A stretch of 64,000 nucleotides of DNA from Minisyncoccota bacterium. Lineage in GTDB: Bacteria > Patescibacteriota > Minisyncoccia > Phycocordibacterales > CAIZLB01. Below, piece after piece: positions 47,219 through 56,995 of this stretch. The translations under genes were made by a program, and so were the position numbers. The stretch's first letter is position 1; the number at the start of each line of letters is the position of its first letter. The notes beneath the pieces are model-generated. The model worked only from the letters and a program-made list of their open reading frames with translations, searched no databases and was not told the origin of the DNA. The stretch lies in contig JAIPIA010000001.1 in the NCBI GenBank assembly GCA_021734945.1, forward strand, positions 308,415 to 372,414, given 5' to 3'.

Positions 47219-47305
47219 TCTACAGTTAACCCAGCTTCGGTTCCCTTCCAAAGATTTCCGAGGCTAAAACTTCACTAAAACATACTACGTGGCACACATA
47301 TATAC

Positions 47306-47695
47306 ATGACAAACACATTCTATATATCATCCACAACGAAGACAGCACCGCGTGTAAACGAGGTGCTTTTTCGTCGCATAAAGGATGAGGTACTTGGATC
47401 CAACTACGAACTTGATTTGATGTTTATCGGGCGAACTCGCGCAAAAACTCTCAATTTTAAATTTCGGCAAAAAGATTATGCAACTGATATTTTGAGTTTT
47501 CCTATTGATAAAAGTATGGGAGAAATTTATATGTATCCTGCAAAAGTAAAATCAAAAGCGAAAGAATTTGAAAGAACATACGAAAATTATTTAGTGTTTT
47601 TACTTATCCACGGGTTGTTCCATTTGAAAGGATTCGATCATGGTAGTAGAATGGAGAGTGAAGAAGCACGAGTTCGCGCTTTATTCAAAATTTAA
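47306..47695 (+). CDS. ybeY: Endoribonuclease YbeY (rRNA maturation factor)
   Basis: Metal-binding motif HGLFHLKGFDH. Confidence 0.8.
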   Translation: MTNTFYISSTTKTAPRVNEVLFRRIKDEVLGSNYELDLMFIGRTRAKTLNFKFRQKDYATDILSFPIDKSMGEIYMYPAKVKSKAKEFERTYENYLVFLLIHGLFHLKGFDHGSRMESEEARVRALFKI

Positions 47696-47771
47696 TAATT
47701 AATAATAGAAAAAAGTCGCGCCAACCGGTCGTGTCCAAGAGGACTCGACACGACATGATTCGCAGAATCAG

Positions 47772-49010
47772 TTGCGCGACATGATTTCGCAAAATCAAAT
47801 GGCAAAAGGTCGGAATATCGCAGTCGGCATTGACGTAGGAACACATCAGGTTAAAGTCATTGTCGCTGAAAAGGATTCACAAAAAAGTCCCGAGTTTGAG
47901 AGAGATTCTCTTCCTCGTATTATTGGTAGCGGGATTTCTGAATCAAGAGGTATTCGACACGGTTTTGTTACAAATTTGAATGACGCAGCAAAGAGCATCA
48001 GGTACGCAGTAAGTATTGCGGAAAAATCAGCTGGTATTTCTATAAAGAAAGCTTACATATCTATTGGCGGTGTCGGACTCAGTGCTATTATCTCTGTTGG
48101 TACAGTAGTAGTTACAAAAGCAGACAATGAGATTACAGATCTCGATGTTAAACGTGCCATCGAAGAAAGTGAAAAAGAACTTCCAAACGCGTACATTCAA
48201 AATAGAAAGATTATTCATACTATTCCACTTGAGTACCGTATTGACGGCAAACGCGTACTTGGACGTCCACAAGGACTCAAAGGTGTAAAGCTCGAAGCTC
48301 GAGTGCTCTATATCACATCACTCGCCCACCATTTAAGTGACATTATGCTCGCTCTCGAAGAAGCTGACATTGAAATTATCGATGTTACTGCTTCACCTAT
48401 GGCGGCCAGTCTTGTTACTCTCACAAAGACTCAAAAGATTGCAGGTTGTGTGCTTGCAAATATTGGTGCAGAGACAACATCTATCATGGTGTTTGAAAAT
48501 AATATTCCAGTGTCAATGGAAATTTTCCAAATTGGTTCAAATGATATTACAAATGACCTCGCACTCGGTCTAAAAGTTTCTATAGAAGACGCTGAGCTTA
48601 TTAAACTTGGACAAGGTAAACATGGAGAATTTTCCAAAAGAAAAATAGAAGAAATTGTTGTTGCTCGTCTTTCAGATATTTTTGATTTAATAGAAGATCA
48701 CTTGCGAAAAATTGATCGAAGCGGATTACTTCCTGCAGGTATTATTTTAACTGGTGGTGGATCTGGTATCCCAAATATTGAAGAGTTGTCTCGAATTGCA
48801 CTTCGACTTCCATCAAAACAATCTAGATTGAAGCTTGAAGGAAATACAAAAACAATGTTCCGTGATTTTGAATGGTCAGTCGCCTACGGCCTTGTTATTC
48901 TTGGACTTACAAATGATGATGACGATAGTATCGACATGGGTCTTGGACGCCGATGGCTCAATAAAACTCGGCAAAGCCTCTGGACTTGGATAAAACAGTT
49001 CTTACCTTAA
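47772..49010 (+). CDS. ftsA: Cell division protein FtsA
   Basis: Actin-like ATPase with GIDVGTHQVKVIV and the conserved FtsA-FtsZ gene order. Confidence 0.85.
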   Translation: MRDMISQNQMAKGRNIAVGIDVGTHQVKVIVAEKDSQKSPEFERDSLPRIIGSGISESRGIRHGFVTNLNDAAKSIRYAVSIAEKSAGISIKKAYISIGGVGLSAIISVGTVVVTKADNEITDLDVKRAIEESEKELPNAYIQNRKIIHTIPLEYRIDGKRVLGRPQGLKGVKLEARVLYITSLAHHLSDIMLALEEADIEIIDVTASPMAASLVTLTKTQKIAGCVLANIGAETTSIMVFENNIPVSMEIFQIGSNDITNDLALGLKVSIEDAELIKLGQGKHGEFSKRKIEEIVVARLSDIFDLIEDHLRKIDRSGLLPAGIILTGGGSGIPNIEELSRIALRLPSKQSRLKLEGNTKTMFRDFEWSVAYGLVILGLTNDDDDSIDMGLGRRWLNKTRQSLWTWIKQFLP

Positions 49011-49207
49011 TTTATCCTTTATATACGCCATAATTTAGATATCCTGTCGCCTGTTCTATTTTCTCATTTGTGATATTATTACTCCATATTAACCGGGGAC
49101 TTGTGTTCAGGGTTCTGTAAATTATTGTTCGTGTGTAAATACGAACAAACTTACACAATCATGCTTCACACTCTTTAGAATATTTTTATATAAAATTTAC
49201 CAATACC

Positions 49208-50524
49208 ATGCCTCAAGTAAAATCAGACGTAGAAACATTTGCACGAATAAAAGTAGTTGGTGTGGGAGGTTCAGGAAAGAACGCCACTAACCACATGATC
49301 AACGCTAAAGTAAAGAGCGTAGATTTTCTCGTCGTAAACACAGACGCACAGGACCTTCACAACTCTCTCTCAAAAAAGAAAATCCATATTGGAAAAAACC
49401 TCACAAAAGGTCTCGGTGCTGGAATGAATCCAGAAGTTGGAAAGCGAGCAGCTGAAGAAACAAAAGAAGAAATTCAGGAAGCTCTCAAAAACTCTGACAT
49501 GGTATTCGTAGCTGGAGGACTTGGAGGTGGTACATGTACTGGAGCAGGACCTGTTGTCGCAAAGATTGCCCGAGAAATGGGTTCTCTTACAATTGGTGTA
49601 GTTACAAAACCTTTCTCATTCGAAGGACAAAACCGAATGCGACTTGCTGAACAAGGTCTCGATGACTTGAGTAATGCTGTAGATGCACTCGTAGTCATTC
49701 CAAATGACAAACTACTTGCAGCTGTTGGAAAAGATACTACAGCTAAGCAAGCCTTTGCTATGTGTGATGAAGTACTTCGACAAGCAGTAGAAGGTATCTC
49801 AGACCTTATTACAATGCCAGGTACTGTTGGTAACATTGACTTCGCTGACATCCGAGCAGTTCTCGAAGATGCTGGTTCTGCACTTATGGGTATTGGTACA
49901 GCTTCTGGTGAAAAGCGAGCTGAGGAAGCTGCAAAAGCAGCTATTAGTTCTCCACTTATCGATATCTCTATTCATGGAGCAAAAGGAGTTCTTTTCTCTA
50001 TTGCTGCAGGTGATGATCTTACTATGTGGGAAATTCAGGAAGCTGCAAAAATCATTACAGACTCTGTTGATCCAAATGCCAAGATTATCTTCGGTACAGT
50101 AAAAGACGAGAAGCTCAAGAAGAACGAAATCAAGATTACAGTTATTGCAGCAAACTTCCCTGACTCACACAATGTTCGAAAAATGTTTTTCAATAGTGAT
50201 AATGCAAACGGACCACGGTCTACTTCAAACTCACAGTCTGGAGGGCAATCACAAACAGGCTCAAATTCTCAAAACCTAAATGGTGGTAATTCAGACGATG
50301 ATCGAGAAGAAGTACAGATTTCAGAACCAAAGAAAGGTATTTTCAATTCATTCGGAGGTGGAACACCTGCTCCTGCTCAACCAGCAGTATCTACACAAGC
50401 AGCTCCTACACCGATTGCACCAGTGCAAGAAAAGAAGATAGAGGCTACACCTATCCAGACAACTAACGATGACGATGATTGGGGTGCAGTTCCTGCGTTT
50501 TTACGACGATCAAAACTCAAGTAA
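49208..50524 (+). CDS. ftsZ: Cell division protein FtsZ
   Basis: Tubulin signature GGLGGGTCTGAGPV, IKVVGVGGSGKNA and a low-complexity C-terminal linker. Confidence 0.9.
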   Translation: MPQVKSDVETFARIKVVGVGGSGKNATNHMINAKVKSVDFLVVNTDAQDLHNSLSKKKIHIGKNLTKGLGAGMNPEVGKRAAEETKEEIQEALKNSDMVFVAGGLGGGTCTGAGPVVAKIAREMGSLTIGVVTKPFSFEGQNRMRLAEQGLDDLSNAVDALVVIPNDKLLAAVGKDTTAKQAFAMCDEVLRQAVEGISDLITMPGTVGNIDFADIRAVLEDAGSALMGIGTASGEKRAEEAAKAAISSPLIDISIHGAKGVLFSIAAGDDLTMWEIQEAAKIITDSVDPNAKIIFGTVKDEKLKKNEIKITVIAANFPDSHNVRKMFFNSDNANGPRSTSNSQSGGQSQTGSNSQNLNGGNSDDDREEVQISEPKKGIFNSFGGGTPAPAQPAVSTQAAPTPIAPVQEKKIEATPIQTTNDDDDWGAVPAFLRRSKLK

Positions 50525-50547
50525 AAATTCACTCAAAACAAACAAAA

Positions 50548-50586
50548 CACCTTGTATCCAGGATTGCATCCATACAGGGTGTTTTG
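50548..50586 (+). terminator. Hairpin-family copy 3 (CACCTTGTAT-CCAGGATTGCATCC-ATACAGGGTG + T-run) after ftsZ; second terminator at 50623-50655
   Basis: Read directly. Confidence 0.6.
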
Positions 50587-50698
50587 TTTTTCTTTGTTCA
50601 CTAAAAAATAAAAAACTCAGCCCCGACGCGTTCAACGCATCGGGGCTGTTTTATTGTTGAAGATTCTGTTTGAAGATATCACCTTACTTGTTGGTCGA

Positions 50699-51181
50699 TT
50701 ACCGGAAAATTCGCTGGCCAACTTTGACTGCGAAATTGGCCAGCTTAATGACGATCAAGTAAGAGACTGCAAACGAAAAAATCGTATTGACCCATGGTAA
50801 CAACGTTGTTGTACGCCCAATGACAATGTCATTGATCTTGAGGTTGCTAAGCACCCCCTCGAGAGCTTGGTAAATCTGAGGTTCATAGCTGTTCAGGACG
50901 ACGTTGAGGCCGATGGACATATGGAACCAGAGAAACCCGACGACAATCAGGAGAAGTACGGTACGGATAATATTGACCATCATCTCCGCGAGAAGATTCA
51001 ATTTCACCATGAACCAGCGGAACTTCCGGTATGCACTGCCAAACAATGCATTGAGGAACTCCCAATTAAGGAGGTTATGGCCACTCTTGGTGGTTTCGAC
51101 GGGTGTTTCGGTAACAGTAGGATTAGCGGATTCAGATTGCATAGCAGTGATTGACTGATTGTTGAACTGTTTTGGTTTCAC
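50699..51181 (-). CDS. Hypothetical membrane protein; GC-rich ORF
   Basis: ORF plus TM segments. Confidence 0.4.
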   Translation of the reverse strand: MKPKQFNNQSITAMQSESANPTVTETPVETTKSGHNLLNWEFLNALFGSAYRKFRWFMVKLNLLAEMMVNIIRTVLLLIVVGFLWFHMSIGLNVVLNSYEPQIYQALEGVLSNLKINDIVIGRTTTLLPWVNTIFSFAVSYLIVIKLANFAVKVGQRIFR

Positions 51182-51323
51182 TAGACTTCAAAGAACTAGA
51201 CTTTCGCCCAGAACCCTTGAAGAGATTACTAGGTGAATTGTGTATATAATAGCACAATATTAGGTATTAGTCAATATTTATTAAATGGTGGTATTTCTAC
51301 ATTTTCATATATAATAACCCCAT

Positions 51324-52292
51324 ATGAATACATACGACTTACTTATTATTGGTGGTGGACCAGCGGGTGTTGCAGCAGGTGTTTATGCATCACGAAAACA
51401 ATTAAAAACTCTTTTTGTAACAGAATCTTTTGAAGGACAAAGTGCCGTTTCAGAAGGTATAGAAAACTGGATTGGAACAATCAAGATTAGTGGAGCAGAT
51501 CTCGCAAAGTCTCTTGAAAACCATCTTAAGGCATATGCAGCTGACATTGTAGATATCAAGATTCACTGTCGAGTTACATCTATTTCAAAACACTCTGACT
51601 ATACAGACCTCGCTCCCCTTTTTAGTATTAAAGTTACCGACTCATTCAGTGGAGAAGTTACAGAGTCAGTCGTAAAAAGTATTCTTATTTCAACAGGAAG
51701 TACGCGACGAAAGCTTGAAGCTAAAAATGCAGATATATACGAACACAAAGGACTCACGTATTGTGCAACATGTGATGGACCAGTATTTTCTGGACAGGAT
51801 GTTGCAGTACTTGGTGGTGGAAATGCAGCATTTGAAAGTGCAGCTCAACTTGCAGCATATTGCAAAACTGTGACTATCATTAACAGAAGCGAAACATTTA
51901 GAGCTGATCCTGTAACAGTTGAAAAAGTTTGTGCAAAGGAAAATGTAAAAGTTATAAAGGGTGTAAAAGTCGATGAAATTTTTGGAGAAAAATTTGTAAA
52001 AGGTCTTATTTACTCAAGTTCAAGTATTGAAAATGGAGCACCTCAAACACTCGCAGTTGGCGGTATCTTTGTAGAAATTGGTCTTATTCCGAACACTGCT
52101 TTTGTGAAAGAAGTTGTGGAACTGGACTCATATGGAAAAATTCTCACAGACGCACGGACACAGCGAACAAAAACAGCCGGTATTTGGGCTGCTGGTGACT
52201 GTACAGACGGTTTGTATCATCAAAACAACATTGCAGCAGGTGACGCTGTAAAAGCGCTTGAGGACATCTATATCGCGGTTAGCAAGAGATAG
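51324..52292 (+). CDS. trxB: Thioredoxin-disulfide reductase
   Basis: FAD site LIIGGGPAG, redox-active CATCDG, NADPH site GGGNAA. Confidence 0.85.
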   Translation: MNTYDLLIIGGGPAGVAAGVYASRKQLKTLFVTESFEGQSAVSEGIENWIGTIKISGADLAKSLENHLKAYAADIVDIKIHCRVTSISKHSDYTDLAPLFSIKVTDSFSGEVTESVVKSILISTGSTRRKLEAKNADIYEHKGLTYCATCDGPVFSGQDVAVLGGGNAAFESAAQLAAYCKTVTIINRSETFRADPVTVEKVCAKENVKVIKGVKVDEIFGEKFVKGLIYSSSSIENGAPQTLAVGGIFVEIGLIPNTAFVKEVVELDSYGKILTDARTQRTKTAGIWAAGDCTDGLYHQNNIAAGDAVKALEDIYIAVSKR

Positions 52293-52302
52293 TAAAAGTC
52301 AC

Positions 52303-53679
52303 CTATTCTGCTACATCCAGTTTCCGAGCAATCATTTGAGTAAGTGGCGGCTGGATTACGAGAGTCATCATAATAACCCACATACCGATTGAGATAAGCA
52401 TATTTGCTTCGGCTGTTGATCCTACAGCATTGAGCCCACTGTATGCAGTCTGAACGAGAAGCACAGCCGGAATAACTCCTGTCTCACGGACCCAAGACAT
52501 AAACAAAAGCTCCTTTATACTAAAGGCAATTTTTGGAAATGCTTTCAAGCCCCCAAGAGAAATAAACACTGCAACTGGACGAATTACGAAGATAAAAAGT
52601 AAACCAGCAATTATTCCAAAAAGTGAATGCTCTAGAAGTGTCTGAATATTTACTAATGCTCCGAGTATTATAAATACCGTCGGTTTAGCAATACCCTCTA
52701 CTAATTGATTGAAGAAAGTCTCAGTCTTATTAACTCGTTCATTGAGGACTACAAGTAGACCTGTAATAAAACTCGCGAGATAACCACTTCCTCCAAATAA
52801 TGAAGCAAATGCGTATGACATAATTGGTATAGCAATAAAGAAACCTATATCAGCATGGCATTCTGTCCGAAGCATTCTTTGTCGTACGAAAAATCGAATT
52901 GCATAGAAGCCAATTACTCCAACAATACAGCCAATAACAATCTCCTTTATCAAAAAACCAAGTGAACTTAATGACGCAAGTGCATTAAATCCACTAGAAA
53001 TACTTGTAAATTCTCCCCCACTTCCAAGAAAAGCAATAAAAGCAACAGTCACAAGTGTGCCTGTCACGTCAGTGAGTGCACTCTCAGAAACAACAATATC
53101 TTTAATTCTTTCTTTCTTAAATTTTAATTCTTTTAATACAGGGATAATTGCCGCAGGATCAGTAGATGCAAGTATGGCACCTAAAAGTAATGCAATCGAT
53201 ATACTCATTCCAAAGCCAAATGTACTACTTATAAAAGCCAAACTTCCAGCGAAAAAGAATGTAGACACAGCAAGACCAACAGTCGAAAGAAGTAATGTCG
53301 GCAAAACAATCTTTTTAAAACTAGTAAATGAGATCTCAAGCCCTCCACCAAACAAAATATAGACTGCCGCAATAGTTACAATTAAATTTAATATATGACT
53401 GTTCTCAACCAATGGTTGCAGTAAATCATGCATACTTAGACCAAGAAAAAGAGCAACGAGAAATGATGGGAATATAGTTCCCCTTGATAACGAATAACAA
53501 ATTGTCCCAAGCAAGAATAATCCACCAATAAAAAATAGAGGTTCTATAACCTCTATTTCATGACCAATATGTACCAAAAGGGACGAATACTGTACAAAAA
53601 CAGTATTAAAAATTGCAAAGATAATTACGCTTACCGCCAGAAGATAAAATGAAGAATGATGTCTGAGGTGATGAATCAT
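52303..53679 (-). CDS. Cation:proton antiporter (CPA1/NhaP-type Na+/H+ exchanger)
   Basis: ~12 TM segments and a TDPAA motif. Confidence 0.7.
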   Translation of the reverse strand: MIHHLRHHSSFYLLAVSVIIFAIFNTVFVQYSSLLVHIGHEIEVIEPLFFIGGLFLLGTICYSLSRGTIFPSFLVALFLGLSMHDLLQPLVENSHILNLIVTIAAVYILFGGGLEISFTSFKKIVLPTLLLSTVGLAVSTFFFAGSLAFISSTFGFGMSISIALLLGAILASTDPAAIIPVLKELKFKKERIKDIVVSESALTDVTGTLVTVAFIAFLGSGGEFTSISSGFNALASLSSLGFLIKEIVIGCIVGVIGFYAIRFFVRQRMLRTECHADIGFFIAIPIMSYAFASLFGGSGYLASFITGLLVVLNERVNKTETFFNQLVEGIAKPTVFIILGALVNIQTLLEHSLFGIIAGLLFIFVIRPVAVFISLGGLKAFPKIAFSIKELLFMSWVRETGVIPAVLLVQTAYSGLNAVGSTAEANMLISIGMWVIMMTLVIQPPLTQMIARKLDVAE

Positions 53680-53810
53680 ACTAAAATGCGCCTAGGCACA
53701 AAAAATTAACAATAAGATTCTACTATAGTACAGACTGTCCTATTTGTGAATAGGAGTTGTTCAAAGATAAAAAATAGGCACAAGTAACCGGCACCTATTT
53801 TATGTACATG

Positions 53811-53884
53811 TGGGCGATACAGGATTCGAACCTGTGACCCTTGTCACGTCAAGACAATGCTCTACCAACTGAGCTAACCGCCCC
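53811..53884 (-). tRNA. tRNA-Val (GAC)
   Basis: Acceptor GGGGCGG, anticodon arm TTGTC-TTGACGT-GACAA, T-arm CACAGGTTCGAATCCTGTA. Confidence 0.8.
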
Positions 53885-53964
53885 GATTCTATTATTTTTC
53901 ACAGACTTTTTTATTTTTTCTACCGACTTTCCGTATTGTACAAACTTATAAACTAAATACAAGT

Positions 53965-54780
53965 CTATTCGAGTATGGGTTCATTGGCTTTTACGACATC
54001 TCTATACAACTCGTACATATAGACTACAAAGTAAGGAGTAATCACTAATTGATATATGAAATCAAGAAACAAGTTTAGAGATGTTGTATCAGTTACATCT
54101 GAGGCAACACTTCCCATAAATCCCTTAAATGTCGCAAGTGCAATATTTAACAAAAGTCCCAAAAGTGCAGCTACAACAAGACGAAGGAATACCTCAAACC
54201 AAATTCCCCTTACATATCGTTTACTCATTTGTAATGCTGACTTTCCTCTTTTACCTTCAAACACAAGAAAAAATGAAGCAAATACAAACCATATAGAGAA
54301 GACGACGCCAGGAACAACTAAAAGTACAAACCCTATAAGAATCAACAAACCAGTCAGTAACATTATCCAGAAATAAGGAAAAAGTAACTTTGAAGCAACA
54401 CTGTAAGCTCCAAAAAGAGTGACCTCCGTAGATTTTATATCAGTGGCGTCACCTTCGGTCTCATATTTTTCAGAATCTTTTATACTGGACTGATTCAGGA
54501 CAGTAATCTGTGCAATATAATTAAGAGACGAAACAACAACAGAAATAACCACTACACCCAAAATTAGTGCAGCGATCATAATAAAATCATACTTATCTAG
54601 GTACTTTGAGATGTCCTCAAAATCATCAATCATCGAGAAAATGGACAAACCTGTCAAAACAATTATTACAGGTAAGATGTTTAGTTTTAATAATACCTTG
54701 AAATACTTCTTGTAAGTCTCCCAGGCTATATCAAACAAAATAGTAACGTTTTGGAGCCGTAAAGCTTTTTCTTTATTCAT
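53965..54780 (-). CDS. Hypothetical polytopic membrane protein
   Basis: ORF plus multiple TM segments. Confidence 0.45.
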   Translation of the reverse strand: MNKEKALRLQNVTILFDIAWETYKKYFKVLLKLNILPVIIVLTGLSIFSMIDDFEDISKYLDKYDFIMIAALILGVVVISVVVSSLNYIAQITVLNQSSIKDSEKYETEGDATDIKSTEVTLFGAYSVASKLLFPYFWIMLLTGLLILIGFVLLVVPGVVFSIWFVFASFFLVFEGKRGKSALQMSKRYVRGIWFEVFLRLVVAALLGLLLNIALATFKGFMGSVASDVTDTTSLNLFLDFIYQLVITPYFVVYMYELYRDVVKANEPILE

Positions 54781-54940
54781 CGGACTATTCTATCATATTT
54801 TGACCATTTTTGACCTTTATTATATCAATATTTTGGTCATATTTTGCGTTTTTTTCAAAAAATGTTATATTATTCGCCATCGCTTGGACATACGCACATT
54901 TGTCCAAAATGGGCTTCTAGAGCTCAAAATACGCGATTAT

Positions 54941-55012
54941 GGCCCTATCGTCTATCGGTTAGGACATCGCCTTTTCAAGGCGAGAAGCGGAGTTCGACTC
55001 TCCGTAGGGTCA
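54941..55012 (+). tRNA. tRNA-Glu (TTC)
   Basis: Acceptor GGCCCTA/TAGGGTC, anticodon arm TCGCC-TTTTCAA-GGCGA, T-arm CGGAG-TTCGACT-CTCCG. Confidence 0.8.
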
Positions 55013-55199
55013 CAGGTCAAAATAAAGACACGTCGTAAGGCGTGTTTTTATTTTGCACCCTCGTGGAACTAAGCAAGCCAACTGCTTGGCTTGCGTCGGA
55101 GAGTCGAAAAGGTTCTCCCATATTTTCGAGAAATGAGCAAAACAATCCAATGGTGCGAATTTTGAGAAAATGGGAAACCTGCACTGGTCCTGTAAGGAC

Positions 55200-55218
55200 C
55201 GACTCTCCGTAGGGTCAC
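55200..55218 (+). repeat. 19-bp exact copy of the tRNA-Glu 3' end (CGACTCTCCGTAGGGTCAC), att-like
   Basis: Identical to 54994-55012 of the tRNA, 188 bp downstream. The intervening DNA carries the inverted repeat CGGAGAGTCG/CGACTCTCCG and hairpins. Confidence 0.65.
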
Positions 55219-55334
55219 CATTGACGGATACTATAATACATGTTAAAAATCTTAACAGATGGCGTTTAGGGTTGCTTTAAGGAAGTAACTTATTATTTCT
55301 TGCAAGCATCTTTAAACCTCAACCACATATTGAC

Positions 55335-55640
55335 ATGATCGTTTCCAAATCAATTCAAATTCAACTTGATACCTCCTCTGGAGAGCCCCTCATCAAAATG
55401 ACCGTAGGTAGCGATACTTACATACAATTAACTGTAAAATCGGGTATTCTTGCGGCAGCAATAGCGGCACAACTCGTCAATCTAGGCGCAAAAGACCCTA
55501 TTCTAGGCGTTGCCTTCGATTATGCCGCTACCGTGGCTCAAAACGCACTTGTCGTCTTCGAACCGCTGACAAAAGCACCCGTAGGGCTTTACCTTCGGGA
55601 AGAAGACTTCGTGAATTTTCACGACGCATTCAACCTCTAA
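55335..55640 (+). CDS. Hypothetical protein (101 aa), GC-rich, followed by a terminator
   Basis: ORF plus terminator CACCGACCCAGCGGTGTTTTTTT. Confidence 0.4.
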   Translation: MIVSKSIQIQLDTSSGEPLIKMTVGSDTYIQLTVKSGILAAAIAAQLVNLGAKDPILGVAFDYAATVAQNALVVFEPLTKAPVGLYLREEDFVNFHDAFNL

Positions 55641-55861
55641 TAAATTAGACCACTGGGAAGTCTTCTTAATACAACTTCAACTTAACACCGACCCAGCGGT
55701 GTTTTTTTATATGCTTAAATCCCTACCAGCCTCTGCCACCCCGTAAATTCTTCCACAATATGGTTCCAATTCCCTCTAACTTAGTTCAAATATTTCATAC
55801 CACTCCCAGAAACACACATTAAAATACAAAAGCTATTCAAAAATTTGATACAATTATCTAT

Positions 55862-56293
55862 ATGAAAAAAATAAAAGTTGAAGTGACTGTAAATGCCGAT
55901 ATTAAAAAAGTGTGGGAGCACTGGAACAATACAGAAAGTATTAAAGGTTGGGCATTTGCGAGCGACAGTTGGGAATGTCCGTACGCAGAAAACGATCTAA
56001 AAAAAGGAGGAAGATTTCTAACAAGAATGTCTGCAAAAGACGGCAGTGAGACTTTTGATTTTACTGGTATATACACTGACGTCGTGGAGTATAAAAATAT
56101 AAAATATCTAATGGACAAAGCAGACGGTGAGAATCAACACAGAGAATGTGAGATTATCTTCACTGATTTAGGTGATGGTACTACCAAGATTGAGGAAGAA
56201 TTTTATCCTGAAGAAATTAATAGTGAGGAAATGCAAAAAGGTGGATGGACAAGTATTCTAGAAAACTTCAAGAAATTTGTTTCGAATAATTAA
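55862..56293 (+). CDS. SRPBCC-superfamily protein (AHSA1/START-like)
   Basis: ~140 aa; VEVTVNADIKKVWEHWNN ... GGWTSILENFKKFV pattern. Confidence 0.55.
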   Translation: MKKIKVEVTVNADIKKVWEHWNNTESIKGWAFASDSWECPYAENDLKKGGRFLTRMSAKDGSETFDFTGIYTDVVEYKNIKYLMDKADGENQHRECEIIFTDLGDGTTKIEEEFYPEEINSEEMQKGGWTSILENFKKFVSNN

Positions 56294-56379
56294 TCTTTGA
56301 AAAGATTCACATCCTTTTGAATTTCTTGCAAACGTTTTCTATTTTTAAATTCCCTATTACAACGTACCAGGTCTTTTAT

Positions 56380-56745
56380 CTATTCCCTCTCCTGCTCTTC
56401 CAACTTCACAGCGGCTTCTGGAGTAGATACAGATTTGCCCATGAGAAATAAATTAATTATTCCAAGTGCAACAATCCAATACACAGCCATCGCTAGTAAT
56501 GTTGTCCATTCAAATATACTTCCAGCTACGATATGGCTACTCTGAAAAACTGTGAGAAATGGTGTTGCAAACACATATGTAATACCGTACACAAAACTAC
56601 TAAATCCCGCTTCAGGATTTGCTCCTAATAATTTTAAAATAAAACGAAACGCGAGCAATACTTCAATTATTCCGAGAATATAATAAACAATTTGAGTTCC
56701 ACGATAGAGGTGTTTTGTACTTGATGCGTTGTAAGATGAATTCAT
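56380..56745 (-). CDS. Small polytopic membrane protein (YggT-like?)
   Basis: ORF plus TM segments. Confidence 0.35.
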   Translation of the reverse strand: MNSSYNASSTKHLYRGTQIVYYILGIIEVLLAFRFILKLLGANPEAGFSSFVYGITYVFATPFLTVFQSSHIVAGSIFEWTTLLAMAVYWIVALGIINLFLMGKSVSTPEAAVKLEEQERE

Positions 56746-56995
56746 ATATAAAAAATTTATTTAATAAGTTTAATTGTTCAAATTACTCAATCCAAATTGT
56801 GTGAGATTTAATATTTGAACCTGCTTACTAAAGAAGCCGCTGTATTGGAGAATATATTACTTGTGCGTGTATAAAAAAGAAAAAATGATGGTCATGTTTA
56901 TTAAAAAATATATGAAAGTGAAGCCGCCACAGTCCAGAAAATCTGGGCCGGGCGGCTCTACGTAGTTTCGATGGAGTTTACTAAGACGGCACACA

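Noticed and set aside
54844-55072. ORFs 54800-55072 and 54844-55038 on the plus strand
   Set aside because: They overlap tRNA-Glu and its terminator.
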